A DNA stretch of 42,658 nucleotides, taken from the UHGV virus genome UHGV-0147540; one strand, given 5' to 3'. The stretch comes from a virus. Under the pieces are notes generated by a model. It had not been told where the DNA came from, did no database searches, and saw nothing but the letters and a program-made list of their open reading frames with translations. A program made the translations under genes and the position numbers. Shown here one piece after another: positions 16,532-25,474 of the stretch; positions within the stretch are counted from its first letter, which is position 1, and each line of letters opens with the position of its first letter.

Positions 16532-16922
16532 ATTTATGATCCCATATCCACCCACGAAAGCGGGTAAGACAGCGTGGAACAAGCGGTACGGGTTGAATGC
16601 CTACTACGCCGGGAAGCACCATCAGGTGAGGAAAAAAGACGCGCAGGAGCTGCACGCCATTGCCTGGTCGGCGATGAGACAGGCGAAGGTCAGAAAGAAA
16701 ATGGTGACGGGACCAGTAGAAGTTAGATTCTATTGGGACGATAACTTGGACGTTGATAACCACGCCGTCATTGGGAAAGCCGTGGTGGACGCCATGAAGG
16801 GCTATTTGCTCCCGGATGATAACCGGAAGTGGATGCGTAAAGTGTCTCACGAGTTTTGGGGTGGTGGCGCTATCCTGGTTGAGGTACGAGAGTATGAGAA
16901 AAATACTGATTTACACCTGTGA
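16524..16922 (+). CDS. RusA-like Holliday junction resolvase
   Basis: DVDNHAVIGKAVVDAMKGYLLPDDN motif. Confidence 0.8.
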   Translation: MIKFMIPYPPTKAGKTAWNKRYGLNAYYAGKHHQVRKKDAQELHAIAWSAMRQAKVRKKMVTGPVEVRFYWDDNLDVDNHAVIGKAVVDAMKGYLLPDDNRKWMRKVSHEFWGGGAILVEVREYEKNTDLHL

Positions 16923-17136
16923 GCGATGCGGAATTGAGTTTTCTGGGCGGAATAAGCGGAAAGGCCGCATCCTGTGCTCAAAGTGTACGGATATTGAGTG
17001 GGAGGCCCGGCGAAGAGAACGGAAACGGGCGAAATCAAGACCGCATGGGCAAAGCTTGGCACAGGTGGCGGCGGAGGCCCGGGCCCATGGGATGACGTAT
17101 GGGCAGTGGGTGGCGCGGAGGGGAAATGGAAAATGA
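16894..17136 (+). CDS. Zinc-finger protein
   Basis: CERCG...CSKC; GMTYGQWV. Confidence 0.65.
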   Translation: MRKILIYTCERCGIEFSGRNKRKGRILCSKCTDIEWEARRRERKRAKSRPHGQSLAQVAAEARAHGMTYGQWVARRGNGK

Positions 17137-18065
17137 ACACAACACAGCAAATTGATCTATTCCGCACAGGCCAACCGGATGAAGAGGCGATCCGGCTGCT
17201 CAAAAGCTACGAGAGCTTTGCCCTAAAAATGGATCCACGCGGATACTGTGTCTGTACATCCGAGGGTAAGGACAGCCGTGTATTGGGTCATCTCATGCGG
17301 AGAGCTGGAGTCAGGCACTTTTACATCCATAACATCACTGGTATTGACCCTCCTGAATTAGTGTATTTCCAACGCAAAAATTTCCAGCAATATGCCGATA
17401 TGGGTTATGATGTCTATGACTGCATGTATGATATGTCAATTTGGCAGCTCATGAGGAAAAAAATGGTCCCACCGTTGCGACATATGCGGTATTGCTGTGA
17501 GCACCTGAAAGAGCGCAAGACGCCGGAACAAGGCAACGCCATGATTTCTACAGGAGTGCGAAAGGCGGAGAGCACAAGACGGGCAAAACAACGCGCAGAA
17601 CTTGAGCACAACTATAAGCCTTTGTCTCCATACGACCAAGAAGGTGGGGTTGAAGTGGAGACGTTCCGGACCTGTTTTGATAATCCCGATTGGGGCCGCA
17701 ATGGGCTCTGGACGATAAACCCAATCGCTGAATGGCCGGACCACTGGATTTGGGACTACTCAGAGGAGGCACACCTAGAGCAATGTAGCTTATACCAAGA
17801 GGGTTTTGACCGTTTGGGGTGTATTGGATGTCCTATGGCCAGATCATGCAATAGGCGTAAGGAGTTTAGTCGATGGCCAGGTTTCGAGCTGCTGTGGCGT
17901 AAAGCATTTGATACACTGGTCAAAATCAGAACAGAACATGGGAAAAAACAACGCTTTGCATCTGGGAGCGAATGGTTTGATTGGTGGATGTCAGACCAAG
18001 CGATGGAGGTACCAGATGATGAGATGCAAACCGCAATTTGCGAGGTGACAGACAGTGACAATTGA
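17133..18065 (+). CDS. Phosphoadenosine phosphosulfate (PAPS) reductase-family protein
   Basis: SEGKDS PP-loop variant, RYCCEHLKE, TGVRKAES, NPIAEW, DRLGCIGCP. Confidence 0.85.
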   Translation: MNTTQQIDLFRTGQPDEEAIRLLKSYESFALKMDPRGYCVCTSEGKDSRVLGHLMRRAGVRHFYIHNITGIDPPELVYFQRKNFQQYADMGYDVYDCMYDMSIWQLMRKKMVPPLRHMRYCCEHLKERKTPEQGNAMISTGVRKAESTRRAKQRAELEHNYKPLSPYDQEGGVEVETFRTCFDNPDWGRNGLWTINPIAEWPDHWIWDYSEEAHLEQCSLYQEGFDRLGCIGCPMARSCNRRKEFSRWPGFELLWRKAFDTLVKIRTEHGKKQRFASGSEWFDWWMSDQAMEVPDDEMQTAICEVTDSDN

Positions 18066-18207
18066 AGACCTGATTGAGCGGCTGCGGACCGAGAGCCTAT
18101 ACAAAGACAAAGCAACGCTCGAAATTATGGATTTGTGCATGGAGGCCGCCGAGGCACTCTCCACACTCAGGGCCGATCTGGAACAAGCGAAGCGGGGAGA
18201 GGGATGA
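18055..18207 (+). CDS. Hypothetical protein (50 aa), not in the ORF track
   Basis: GAGGTGA RBS; TIEDLIERLR...EAAEALSTLRADLEQ. Confidence 0.55.
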   Translation: MTIEDLIERLRTESLYKDKATLEIMDLCMEAAEALSTLRADLEQAKRGEG

Positions 18208-18800
18208 TTGCGGGAATGAGAATCCTGGTAGCCTGTGAGGAATCTCAGGAGGTGTGTAAAGCGTTTCGCGCGCTGGGCCACGAAGCGTATTCTTGTGATA
18301 TCGAGCCTTGCTCTGGAGGACACCCTGAATGGCATTTGCAGGTAGATGCGCTCGAGTTGCTGAAAATGAAGTGGGACATGATTTTGGCATTTCCACCCTG
18401 TACCTATCTCAGTAACGCCGGGGCAAAGCACTTATTCCGTGGGGGGAAGCTGAACGAGGAGCGATACAAGAAAGGGATCGCAGCAAAGGAATTTTTCCTG
18501 TCATTCCTAAATGCTGATTGCCCTCGAATTGCGGTGGAAAACCCTGTATCAAGCCGCATATTTGAAATGCCGCCCCATACACAGGAAATACAGCCGTGGC
18601 AATTCGGACACCCGGTGCAAAAAAAGACAAGGCTATGGTTGAGAGGCCTGCCGCCACTAAAACCGACGGATGTTGTGCAGTATGAATGTGGTTGCCACGA
18701 GGCCGGAACATGGTTTATGAGGGGCGGAAAAGACAGACAAAAAAACAGGGCAAAAACATTCCCTGGACTCGCTGCGGCCATGGCCGAGCAGTGGGGATGA
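18204..18800 (+). CDS. Phage DNA cytosine methyltransferase-like protein
   Basis: RILVACEESQ, AFPPCTYLS (PC motif), IAVENPV, QPWQFGH. Confidence 0.8.
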   Translation: MIAGMRILVACEESQEVCKAFRALGHEAYSCDIEPCSGGHPEWHLQVDALELLKMKWDMILAFPPCTYLSNAGAKHLFRGGKLNEERYKKGIAAKEFFLSFLNADCPRIAVENPVSSRIFEMPPHTQEIQPWQFGHPVQKKTRLWLRGLPPLKPTDVVQYECGCHEAGTWFMRGGKDRQKNRAKTFPGLAAAMAEQWG

Positions 18801-18821
18801 GCATGGAATGGAGGGATAAGC

Positions 18822-19424
18822 ATGAAACCAATCCTGTTTAACATCGAAATGGTGAGGGCTATCATGGAGGGGCGGAAGACCGTCACGCGGCGGGTGGTGA
18901 AGCCGCAGCCGCCTGCCACATCCGTTGTACGGAAACGTGGTTGTGCTTGGGATTGGTCTTTCTGGGCAGATTGCAATATGGGGCACGTGATGAAGCTGCC
19001 ATACCACCCTGGCGACATCCTGTGGGTGCGGGAAACGTGGAATGGAGACTGGTGTGACCATTATATCTACAAGGCGGACGGAGGCAGCGCAAAATCCGCC
19101 GGGTATACAGCAGAGCCGAAATGGCACCCATCCATCCACATGCCCAGGGAGGCCGCCCGGCTGTTCCTTCGGGTGACGGATGTGCGGGTGGAGCGGTTGC
19201 AGGACATTAACCTTGATCCTCCAGGGCCTAAAAATCAGGTAGTTCGCGAGGGGCTTCGCTATCTGAGCGACTTTATTGCAGTTTGGGACCGCACCATCAA
19301 GCCCGCAGACCTGCACCTCTATGGATGGGATGCCAACCCGTGGATACAGGTCATTGAGTTTGAGCGAATCAGCAAAGAGCAGGCCTTTGGAGGTGGCGGG
19401 GATGGCTGTGTTATCAAAGATTGA
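18822..19424 (+). CDS. Phage ASCH/PUA-like protein
   Basis: MKPILFNIEMVRAIMEGRKTVTRR...WVRETW...WHPSIHMPREAARL...WDANPW. Confidence 0.75.
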   Translation: MKPILFNIEMVRAIMEGRKTVTRRVVKPQPPATSVVRKRGCAWDWSFWADCNMGHVMKLPYHPGDILWVRETWNGDWCDHYIYKADGGSAKSAGYTAEPKWHPSIHMPREAARLFLRVTDVRVERLQDINLDPPGPKNQVVREGLRYLSDFIAVWDRTIKPADLHLYGWDANPWIQVIEFERISKEQAFGGGGDGCVIKD

Positions 19425-19674
19425 GCGTGTGCCATTTGGCGCGCCAACGCAAAGCGAAATCGCCCACTGTGAGGCCGCAAAGCAACATTTCTTGCGGTAT
19501 TGTGATAGCGGGAAATGCATTAGAGGTCGGCAGCACGCGCTGAAAGCAAGTTGGCATGAGGGACTTTGCGTCGAATGCGCGTATAACCCGTATAACATGG
19601 CTGCCGGAGCCGGGTCAGCCAAAGTGGCGCATCAAGTGTGTCCGATGCGCCAGTGGGAGGATACTTACGGATAA
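19402..19674 (+). CDS. Hypothetical Cys-rich protein
   Basis: GGAGGTG RBS. Confidence 0.55.
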   Translation: MAVLSKIERVPFGAPTQSEIAHCEAAKQHFLRYCDSGKCIRGRQHALKASWHEGLCVECAYNPYNMAAGAGSAKVAHQVCPMRQWEDTYG

Positions 19675-19834
19675 GGACCCCGGTGGGCCAAGGAGGCGAG
19701 GAAAGAAAGGAAAGCATGACAAGTCAGCAAAAAAAGAATCGCTGTTAAAATATCGGGAAGCGATATGGTTAAGGAGGTCAACATGGACAAGCAAACGAAG
19801 CCCCGCATTTGCGAGGTGCTGGAGGAGATGAAGA

Positions 19835-20146
19835 ATGGATAAGTATATCAAACGAGAAGCGTTGTATAAAGAATTGGAAACTTGGCGGGATGCTCACGCC
19901 AACATTGTAGATGGATACGGTCGTAAATTACTGGAAGATGTATTGTGGGCGGTGAATGCGCAACCGGGAGCAGACGTTGCTCCGGTGAGGCATGGGCATT
20001 GGGAGTTTTTGGGGCCAAATAGTCTAAACAGAAATTGTATGTGCGGAACCTGTAGCGCTTGTCACGTCAGATCGGTATACATCGTAAATACTGCAATTTG
20101 CCCCAACTGCGGCGCTTCGATGGGAAAAGGAGGACGGACAGCATGA
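19835..20146 (+). CDS. Hypothetical phage protein with C-terminal Zn ribbon
   Basis: YIKREAL...ADVAPVRHGHW...CSAC...CPNCGA. Confidence 0.75.
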   Translation: MDKYIKREALYKELETWRDAHANIVDGYGRKLLEDVLWAVNAQPGADVAPVRHGHWEFLGPNSLNRNCMCGTCSACHVRSVYIVNTAICPNCGASMGKGGRTA

Positions 20147-20203
20147 GCGAGTGGATTAGCGTCAAGGAGAGGATGCCGGAACCTGGAAAACGTGTGCTTG
20201 CCA
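20143..20203 (+). pseudogene. DUF551-like gene N-terminus truncated by the inverted cassette
   Basis: MSEWISVKERMPEPGKRVLA abuts the stop codon of the minus-strand HTH gene. Confidence 0.65.
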
Positions 20204-20485
20204 CTATAGCAGCTCCCTTACATCTACGCCCAGCGCGCCCGCCAAGGCAATGGCGTTGGTGAGGGTGACATTGCCCATCTTGCCCTCGCCTTGTTCGATC
20301 CGTTGGATTTGTCTTGCATTGACGCCAGACCGTGTGGACAGTGCATCGATACTCATGTGTTTTTTGCGGCGGGCCCATTCAAGGTTTGTGATTGCCTTAC
20401 CCCGGCAGTCGCGTCCATAAGACACCAGCGTGCAGACAGTGCAGTCACCGTCTGCACGCTGGCAATCGCCGTATTTCCTCCTCAT
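20204..20485 (-). CDS. Cys-rich + XRE HTH regulator (Aca-like position)
   Basis: DCQRADGDCTVC...DC then MSIDALSTRSGVNARQIQRIEQGE; last gene of the cassette. Confidence 0.75.
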   Translation of the reverse strand: MRRKYGDCQRADGDCTVCTLVSYGRDCRGKAITNLEWARRKKHMSIDALSTRSGVNARQIQRIEQGEGKMGNVTLTNAIALAGALGVDVRELL

Positions 20486-20820
20486 TTGATCACCAAGTTG
20501 TAGTAGCCACGCTCACCGTCGTTGCCGAGCCGCTCCACGTCATCCAGACTATACCCACTAAAATACTTAGCTTGAGGGGTACCCCCTAGGCCAGGGAGGT
20601 CAGGGTGATGCTTGTACAGGTAACGCATAAGCTGTATTTTGACCGGCTCGGTTAAATCATCCGGGATGCCGCCAGGCGCGGCTGCGTCCAGGTGGAGATA
20701 CCCATCTTTGACTTTGCGGTCATCGGACAAGACATCCCATCCACCTGCCGTAAATTTGACTACTGCTTTGCCGCCGAAGTAGGACAAAGCGATAAGAGTG
20801 ATTTCGTTGGCTTTTTCCAT
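20482..20820 (-). CDS. Hypothetical protein (anti-defence candidate)
   Basis: AAGGAGG RBS; in inverted cassette. Confidence 0.7.
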   Translation of the reverse strand: MEKANEITLIALSYFGGKAVVKFTAGGWDVLSDDRKVKDGYLHLDAAAPGGIPDDLTEPVKIQLMRYLYKHHPDLPGLGGTPQAKYFSGYSLDDVERLGNDGERGYYNLVIK

Positions 20821-20874
20821 TTTACATCCTCCTTTTTTGTTGCCATCGTGAGCTCCGGGGTGGGATTTCTGTTT

Positions 20875-21126
20875 TTAGATTTCGCTTTGCCATGCTTCAA
20901 ATTTTGCGATCATCGTATCATCTGATACCCTGTAATACTCCACGATAATCCTTAAGTCCTCGTTTCCCTTTACGGGATTGTCTTTTCCCCACCAATCCCA
21001 GTCAAAGTTCTCTTGCACCTCTTCTTCGACGTCCACGTCTACAAGCTTGTCGCTGTATGTCTCCTCATAGTTATATCCGCTTCCGTCAACCCACTCTTTA
21101 ATCGTGATAACTTCTCTTACTTTCAT
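20875..21126 (-). CDS. Small highly acidic protein (anti-CRISPR / DNA-mimic candidate)
   Basis: 83 aa with 22 D/E versus 9 K/R; AAGGAG RBS. Confidence 0.7.
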   Translation of the reverse strand: MKVREVITIKEWVDGSGYNYEETYSDKLVDVDVEEEVQENFDWDWWGKDNPVKGNEDLRIIVEYYRVSDDTMIAKFEAWQSEI

Positions 21127-21175
21127 TTCCGTTCTCCTTCTGCCCTCGCAACCTCCGGGGCGGGACGTCCATGCG

Positions 21176-21406
21176 TTAATATTGCCAGGTGATTTGCTGC
21201 TCGTTGTCCATATCGACCCAAGCAAGTTTATAGGTCTTTTTGAGGCTGCTGCCGTAGTAGCCGCCAACCGTGACATATACACGGTGCTTTCCGTAGTTTT
21301 CCCACTCTCGTGCGTTCAGCTTGTAGCTATCATACGCGCTCATAATTTTTTCCGCTTTTTCCGTTAGGATTTCGATGGTTTCGTTTGTTAATCCGTAATT
21401 TTCCAT
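21176..21406 (-). CDS. Hypothetical protein (anti-defence candidate)
   Basis: GGAGG RBS; REWENYGKHRVYV motif. Confidence 0.7.
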   Translation of the reverse strand: MENYGLTNETIEILTEKAEKIMSAYDSYKLNAREWENYGKHRVYVTVGGYYGSSLKKTYKLAWVDMDNEQQITWQY

Positions 21407-21454
21407 TTTTTGTTCCTCCCGGTTTTGATCTGCCCGATCCCTTACTGTGATTAT

Positions 21455-21488
21455 ATTATACGCCAATATTGCCTAGTTGTCAAGACAA
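21455..21488 (-). promoter_or_regulatory. Perfect consensus sigmaA promoter with overlapping palindromes
   Basis: TTGACA(21483-21478)-17-TATAAT(21460-21455); CAATATTG in the spacer; TTGTC-AA-GACAA over the -35. Confidence 0.85.
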
Positions 21489-21529
21489 AATGCTAAAATT
21501 ATCTGATATTTTTTTAGGAGGGGTGGACG

Positions 21530-21742
21530 TTGGATGAGTTCTCCAAAAGGTTGAGGAGGCTGAGGGAGAGCAGGCGTCCGGTGCGGAGTATGACGGTGAC
21601 ATCACAGTTGATGGGGCTAAGCCCTGACGCTTTGCGGAAATATGAGAGGGGTGAGGTAGAGCCCAAAATGACCGCTCTAAAATTGATCGCGGCATATTAT
21701 AACATTAGCCTAGACGAACTTTGTAAAGGGGAGGATGAATAA
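21530..21742 (+). CDS. XRE HTH regulator (probable late-gene regulator)
   Basis: FSKRLRRLRE...LSPDALRKYERGEVEP; followed by palindrome CTCATAAA-GT-TTTATGAG at 21781-21798. Confidence 0.8.
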   Translation: MDEFSKRLRRLRESRRPVRSMTVTSQLMGLSPDALRKYERGEVEPKMTALKLIAAYYNISLDELCKGEDE

Positions 21743-21951
21743 ACCTTAAATTTTTATAATCTCACAGAAAATATTGCGCACTCATAAAGTTTTATGAGCG
21801 GAAACCAGCATCTATGCGACAATGGGAGCGTGGGGGCGAATGCCTCCCGCTCCCTTCCATTTCCTCCTCCTTTTCCATCGCCGGGCCTCCCTCCCGGCAA
21901 CGGCCCGCAGGCAAAGCCGTAAACCTGCAACATAGCCCGTAAGGGCTATAT

Positions 21952-22023
21952 GTCCTTGTAGCTTATGAGGTAAGAGCGGCCCCATGATCGGGGCAGAGGC
22001 CGGTTCGAGCCCGGTCGAGGGCA
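21952..22023 (+). ncRNA. tRNA-like element (degenerate anticodon loop)
   Basis: Acceptor GTCCTTG/CGAGGGC+A, D-arm GCTT/GAGC, GCCCC-ATGATC-GGGGC arm, T-arm GCCGG-TTCGAGC-CCGGT. Confidence 0.6.
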
Positions 22024-22345
22024 CAGAAAACCACGCCTGCCCTGGTCTCGGGGCGGAAGCGGGGAGATGAGAGACTATCCCCGGCGCGCTTGCCAGCTGA
22101 AAACTGCCGCAGTCGAGTGGCACGGGCGGAAAGCGCCGTGTCCGGAGACTAACCCAATTATCCGGGGCGGTGTGACAATCTAAGCGGGGCAGCGCATATA
22201 TGCCGCGCCTATCCGCATGAGGATATGGACGGCCCTATGGATGTGCCCCGAGCTGCGGCGGGTGGCCCGCAGCAAATCAGGAGAGGGCAGACCCCGCTCA
22301 CCGCCCTCTCCTCAATAAAACGAAACCACATGAGAGGTGGCGATC

Positions 22346-22729
22346 ATGGCTGCACGGCTGACGGATAGGCAAAAAAAGAAAATAGTGGCTGACTATCTTG
22401 AGACTGGGAGCTATCGCGCTGCCGCCAAGAAAAACTGTGTTGCAGACGGGACAGTAAAGCGAATTGTTATTGGATGTGGCGATATTGAGCAAAAAGTAGC
22501 GCAAAAAAAAGAAGAGAACACCGCCGATATTCTCGCTTACATGGAGAGCCAAAAGAGACTAGTGTGCGAAATCATCGGTAAGGGACTGGCTGCCCTGAAT
22601 GACCCGGACAAGCTGGCGGAGGCCACACCGGCGCAGATCACCACGGCAATCGGGACGCTGGTTGATAAATGGGCGCTCGTCAAGGGAGAAGGGGAAGAGG
22701 GCAAGGTGCAGGTGATTATTGATGTCTGA
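22346..22729 (+). CDS. terS: Terminase small subunit
   Basis: N-terminal HTH, VQVIIDV end, directly upstream of TerL. Confidence 0.75.
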   Translation: MAARLTDRQKKKIVADYLETGSYRAAAKKNCVADGTVKRIVIGCGDIEQKVAQKKEENTADILAYMESQKRLVCEIIGKGLAALNDPDKLAEATPAQITTAIGTLVDKWALVKGEGEEGKVQVIIDV

Positions 22730-23960
22730 GGTGCGGCTTTCTTCTGTTATTGGGCCTGCTTTCCACTTGCTGGCCCGTGACGTGTTCCAGCACGGGCACA
22801 CTCACTACGACCTTTCCGGGGGGCGTGGCTCCCTGAAATCATCTTGTGTTTCATTGTTGGCCCCATTGATTTTGATAAATAATCCGTGTACTCATGCATT
22901 GGTGCTCCGCAAGGTGGCAAACACCATCCGGGATAGCGTGTATGCTCAGTATCTTTGGGCAATTGGAGAGCTGGGCATGGCGCAGTATTGGGAGGCCAAA
23001 GTCCAGCCAATGGAGCTGATTTATAGGGCGACCGGGCAGAAGATTATGTTCCGTGGTGCTGACGATCCCATGAAGATCAAGTCTATCAAGGTGCCGTTTG
23101 GCTATATCGCCGTCACACACTTTGAGGAAAAGGACCAGTTTGCTGGGCGAGCTGAAATCCGCACTATCCTACAATCCACCATGCGCGGAGGCTCCAAGTT
23201 TTGGAATTTTGAGAGCTACAACCCGCCGATCAGCCGGGACAACTGGGCAAATAAGGATAGCCTGGAAGAGAGGGCGGACAGGCTGTGCCACAAGAGTACA
23301 TACCTGGAGGCCCCGCCTGAATGGCTGGGGGCGCAGTTTTTAGCAGAAGCCGAACACCTGAAAGAAACGGATGAGCGGGCGTACCGGCATGAGTACTTGG
23401 GCGAAGCTGTCGGGACTGGCGGAAATGTGTTTGAAAATCTGGAATTGCGGGAGATCACAGACAAAGAGATTGCGTCTTTTGACAAGATTTATCAAGGCGT
23501 GGACTGGGGCTGGTTTCCCGATCCCTTTGCCTTTATCCGCCTCCACTATGACCGGGCCAGGGAAACAATATATCTAATGGACGAGATACACCAAAACAAA
23601 CTGACTAACGAGGCAAGCGCGAGGTTGATCCTTTCCAAAGGATACAAGGATGCCTATATTACCTGCGACAGCGCGGAGCCGAAGTCATCGGCGGACTACC
23701 GGGCGATGGGCCTCCCGGCCAAAGAGGCTATCAAGGGACCTGGGAGTGTAGAGTACGGTATGAAGTGGCTGCAACGCCGAAAGATCGTTATTGACCGCAG
23801 AAGAACGCCAAATGCATACAACGAGTTTGTGAATTATGAGTATGAGCGAAATAAGGACGGAGAAATTATCAGCGGTTATCCTGATGAGAACAATCACCTG
23901 ATTGACGCTACTAGATATGCCCTGGAAAGAGTATTCCGAAGGATGGGAGTAACGGCATGA
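22722..23960 (+). CDS. terL: Terminase large subunit (PBSX-type)
   Basis: GGRGSLKS Walker A, HFEE, SYNPP, GVDWG, DSAEP, NHLIDATRY. Confidence 0.95.
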   Translation: MSEVRLSSVIGPAFHLLARDVFQHGHTHYDLSGGRGSLKSSCVSLLAPLILINNPCTHALVLRKVANTIRDSVYAQYLWAIGELGMAQYWEAKVQPMELIYRATGQKIMFRGADDPMKIKSIKVPFGYIAVTHFEEKDQFAGRAEIRTILQSTMRGGSKFWNFESYNPPISRDNWANKDSLEERADRLCHKSTYLEAPPEWLGAQFLAEAEHLKETDERAYRHEYLGEAVGTGGNVFENLELREITDKEIASFDKIYQGVDWGWFPDPFAFIRLHYDRARETIYLMDEIHQNKLTNEASARLILSKGYKDAYITCDSAEPKSSADYRAMGLPAKEAIKGPGSVEYGMKWLQRRKIVIDRRRTPNAYNEFVNYEYERNKDGEIISGYPDENNHLIDATRYALERVFRRMGVTA

Positions 23961-25378
23961 ATATTGCAGAAAAACTGAAAGAGCTTGGTTACTCCACGGT
24001 GCCGGGGGAGTTCTACACGAAGGTGCAGGAGTGGAAATCTTGGTATGTAGGAGATGTGAAGGGATTCCATCGGTACAAGGTCCGAAACGGAACGAGCATG
24101 GTTCGCTGCAAGCGGTACACCCTCAACATGGGCAAGAAAATCCCGGAAGATTGGGCGAACCTAATTATGAACGAGCGGGTTGAAATCACCCTGGATGGCA
24201 CGAAAGAGCAGGAGTTCATAGACAGGGTGCTGGAAGAGAACAACTTCCGGGTGCGATCCAACGAGATGCAGGAAATGGCATTCGCTCTTGGCACAGTGGC
24301 TTTTATTCCACGCGTAGTTGGCATGGAGGTCACAGAGACGGGCCCCGTTCCCGGGAGTGCCACCGATATCATCATAGACTATGTGACGGTGGAGCACATT
24401 TGGCCCCTGTCTTGGCGGAACGGAATCATTACGGAATGCGCCTTTGACAGCATCGTCAACGTAAACGGGGACGATTACTGCTATCTGCAAATCCACCGGG
24501 AGGTAAACGGACTGTATGACATTGAGAACCGGCTATATACATACCGCAACCAGAACGTGGATACGGAAGTGGCGCTGACCTCTGTGCAGGGCTTTGAAAG
24601 GGTGCCGCCTGTGGTTCATACGGGTTCTGACCTGAGGCAATTCGTCATTGACCGGCCTAATATCGCCAACAACTTCGATTACTCCATTCCACTCGGGATT
24701 TCGGTTTATGCCAACGCCATCGACAATATGAAGGGCGTTGATATTGCTTTTGACAGCTACGTCAATGAGTTTGTGCTTGGGAAAAAGCGGGTGATGGTCA
24801 AGCCTTCCGCACAACAGTATTTGGACGGGGAGCCGGTTTTTGACCCTGATGATCTGGCCTATTATGTGCTGCCGGAAGACATCGAGGGTGGGGCCATCAT
24901 CCAGCCAATCGACATGCAGCTTCGGACAGCGGAGCACAGCGAGGGCATTCAGACACAACTCAATTTGCTTTCCAGCAAGTGCGGCTTTGGAGAGACGTAT
25001 TATCGATTTAACGGCGGGAACATCACCACGGCTACTCAGGTCATCAGTGAGAACAGCACTATGTTCCGCACCATAAAAAAGCATGAGATCATCCTGGAGA
25101 GCGCCATCAAGGAACTGTGCCGGATTATTCTCCGCCTAGGCAACACAGCTATGGGTGCAGGGTTGAGTGAGGATGCGGAGGTCACTATTGATTTCGATGA
25201 TTCCATCATTGAGGACAAGCAGTCCGATTTTGCCCGTGATATGCAGCTCCTAAACGCCGGGATTATGAACGACTGGGAATTTCGGGCCAAGTGGATGAAT
25301 GAGGATTACGAGACGGCCAAGAAGATGCTGCCGAAGATGGAGGATATGACGACGGATGGGCAGAGTGAAATAGAGTAG
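23957..25378 (+). CDS. Portal protein (A118/SPP1-like)
   Basis: 473 aa following TerL; LGISVYANA, TATQVISENS, IDFDDSII motifs. Confidence 0.9.
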   Translation: MNIAEKLKELGYSTVPGEFYTKVQEWKSWYVGDVKGFHRYKVRNGTSMVRCKRYTLNMGKKIPEDWANLIMNERVEITLDGTKEQEFIDRVLEENNFRVRSNEMQEMAFALGTVAFIPRVVGMEVTETGPVPGSATDIIIDYVTVEHIWPLSWRNGIITECAFDSIVNVNGDDYCYLQIHREVNGLYDIENRLYTYRNQNVDTEVALTSVQGFERVPPVVHTGSDLRQFVIDRPNIANNFDYSIPLGISVYANAIDNMKGVDIAFDSYVNEFVLGKKRVMVKPSAQQYLDGEPVFDPDDLAYYVLPEDIEGGAIIQPIDMQLRTAEHSEGIQTQLNLLSSKCGFGETYYRFNGGNITTATQVISENSTMFRTIKKHEIILESAIKELCRIILRLGNTAMGAGLSEDAEVTIDFDDSIIEDKQSDFARDMQLLNAGIMNDWEFRAKWMNEDYETAKKMLPKMEDMTTDGQSEIE

Positions 25379-25474
25379 TTTGAACACAAGCGGATAGCTC
25401 GACGGGGTGAAAAGTGGACAGCCTTACCACCTGCCGCTTGTTTCAAAATAAGGCGATTACGAAAGGCGGTAATT

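Noticed and set aside
21952..22023. Functional tRNA gene
   Set aside because: The anticodon loop is 6 nt (or 7 nt without U33/R37), so it is called tRNA-like only
22024..22100. Theta/HDV-like ribozyme after the tRNA-like element
   Set aside because: Could not place the HDV nested double pseudoknot or L3 consensus by eye
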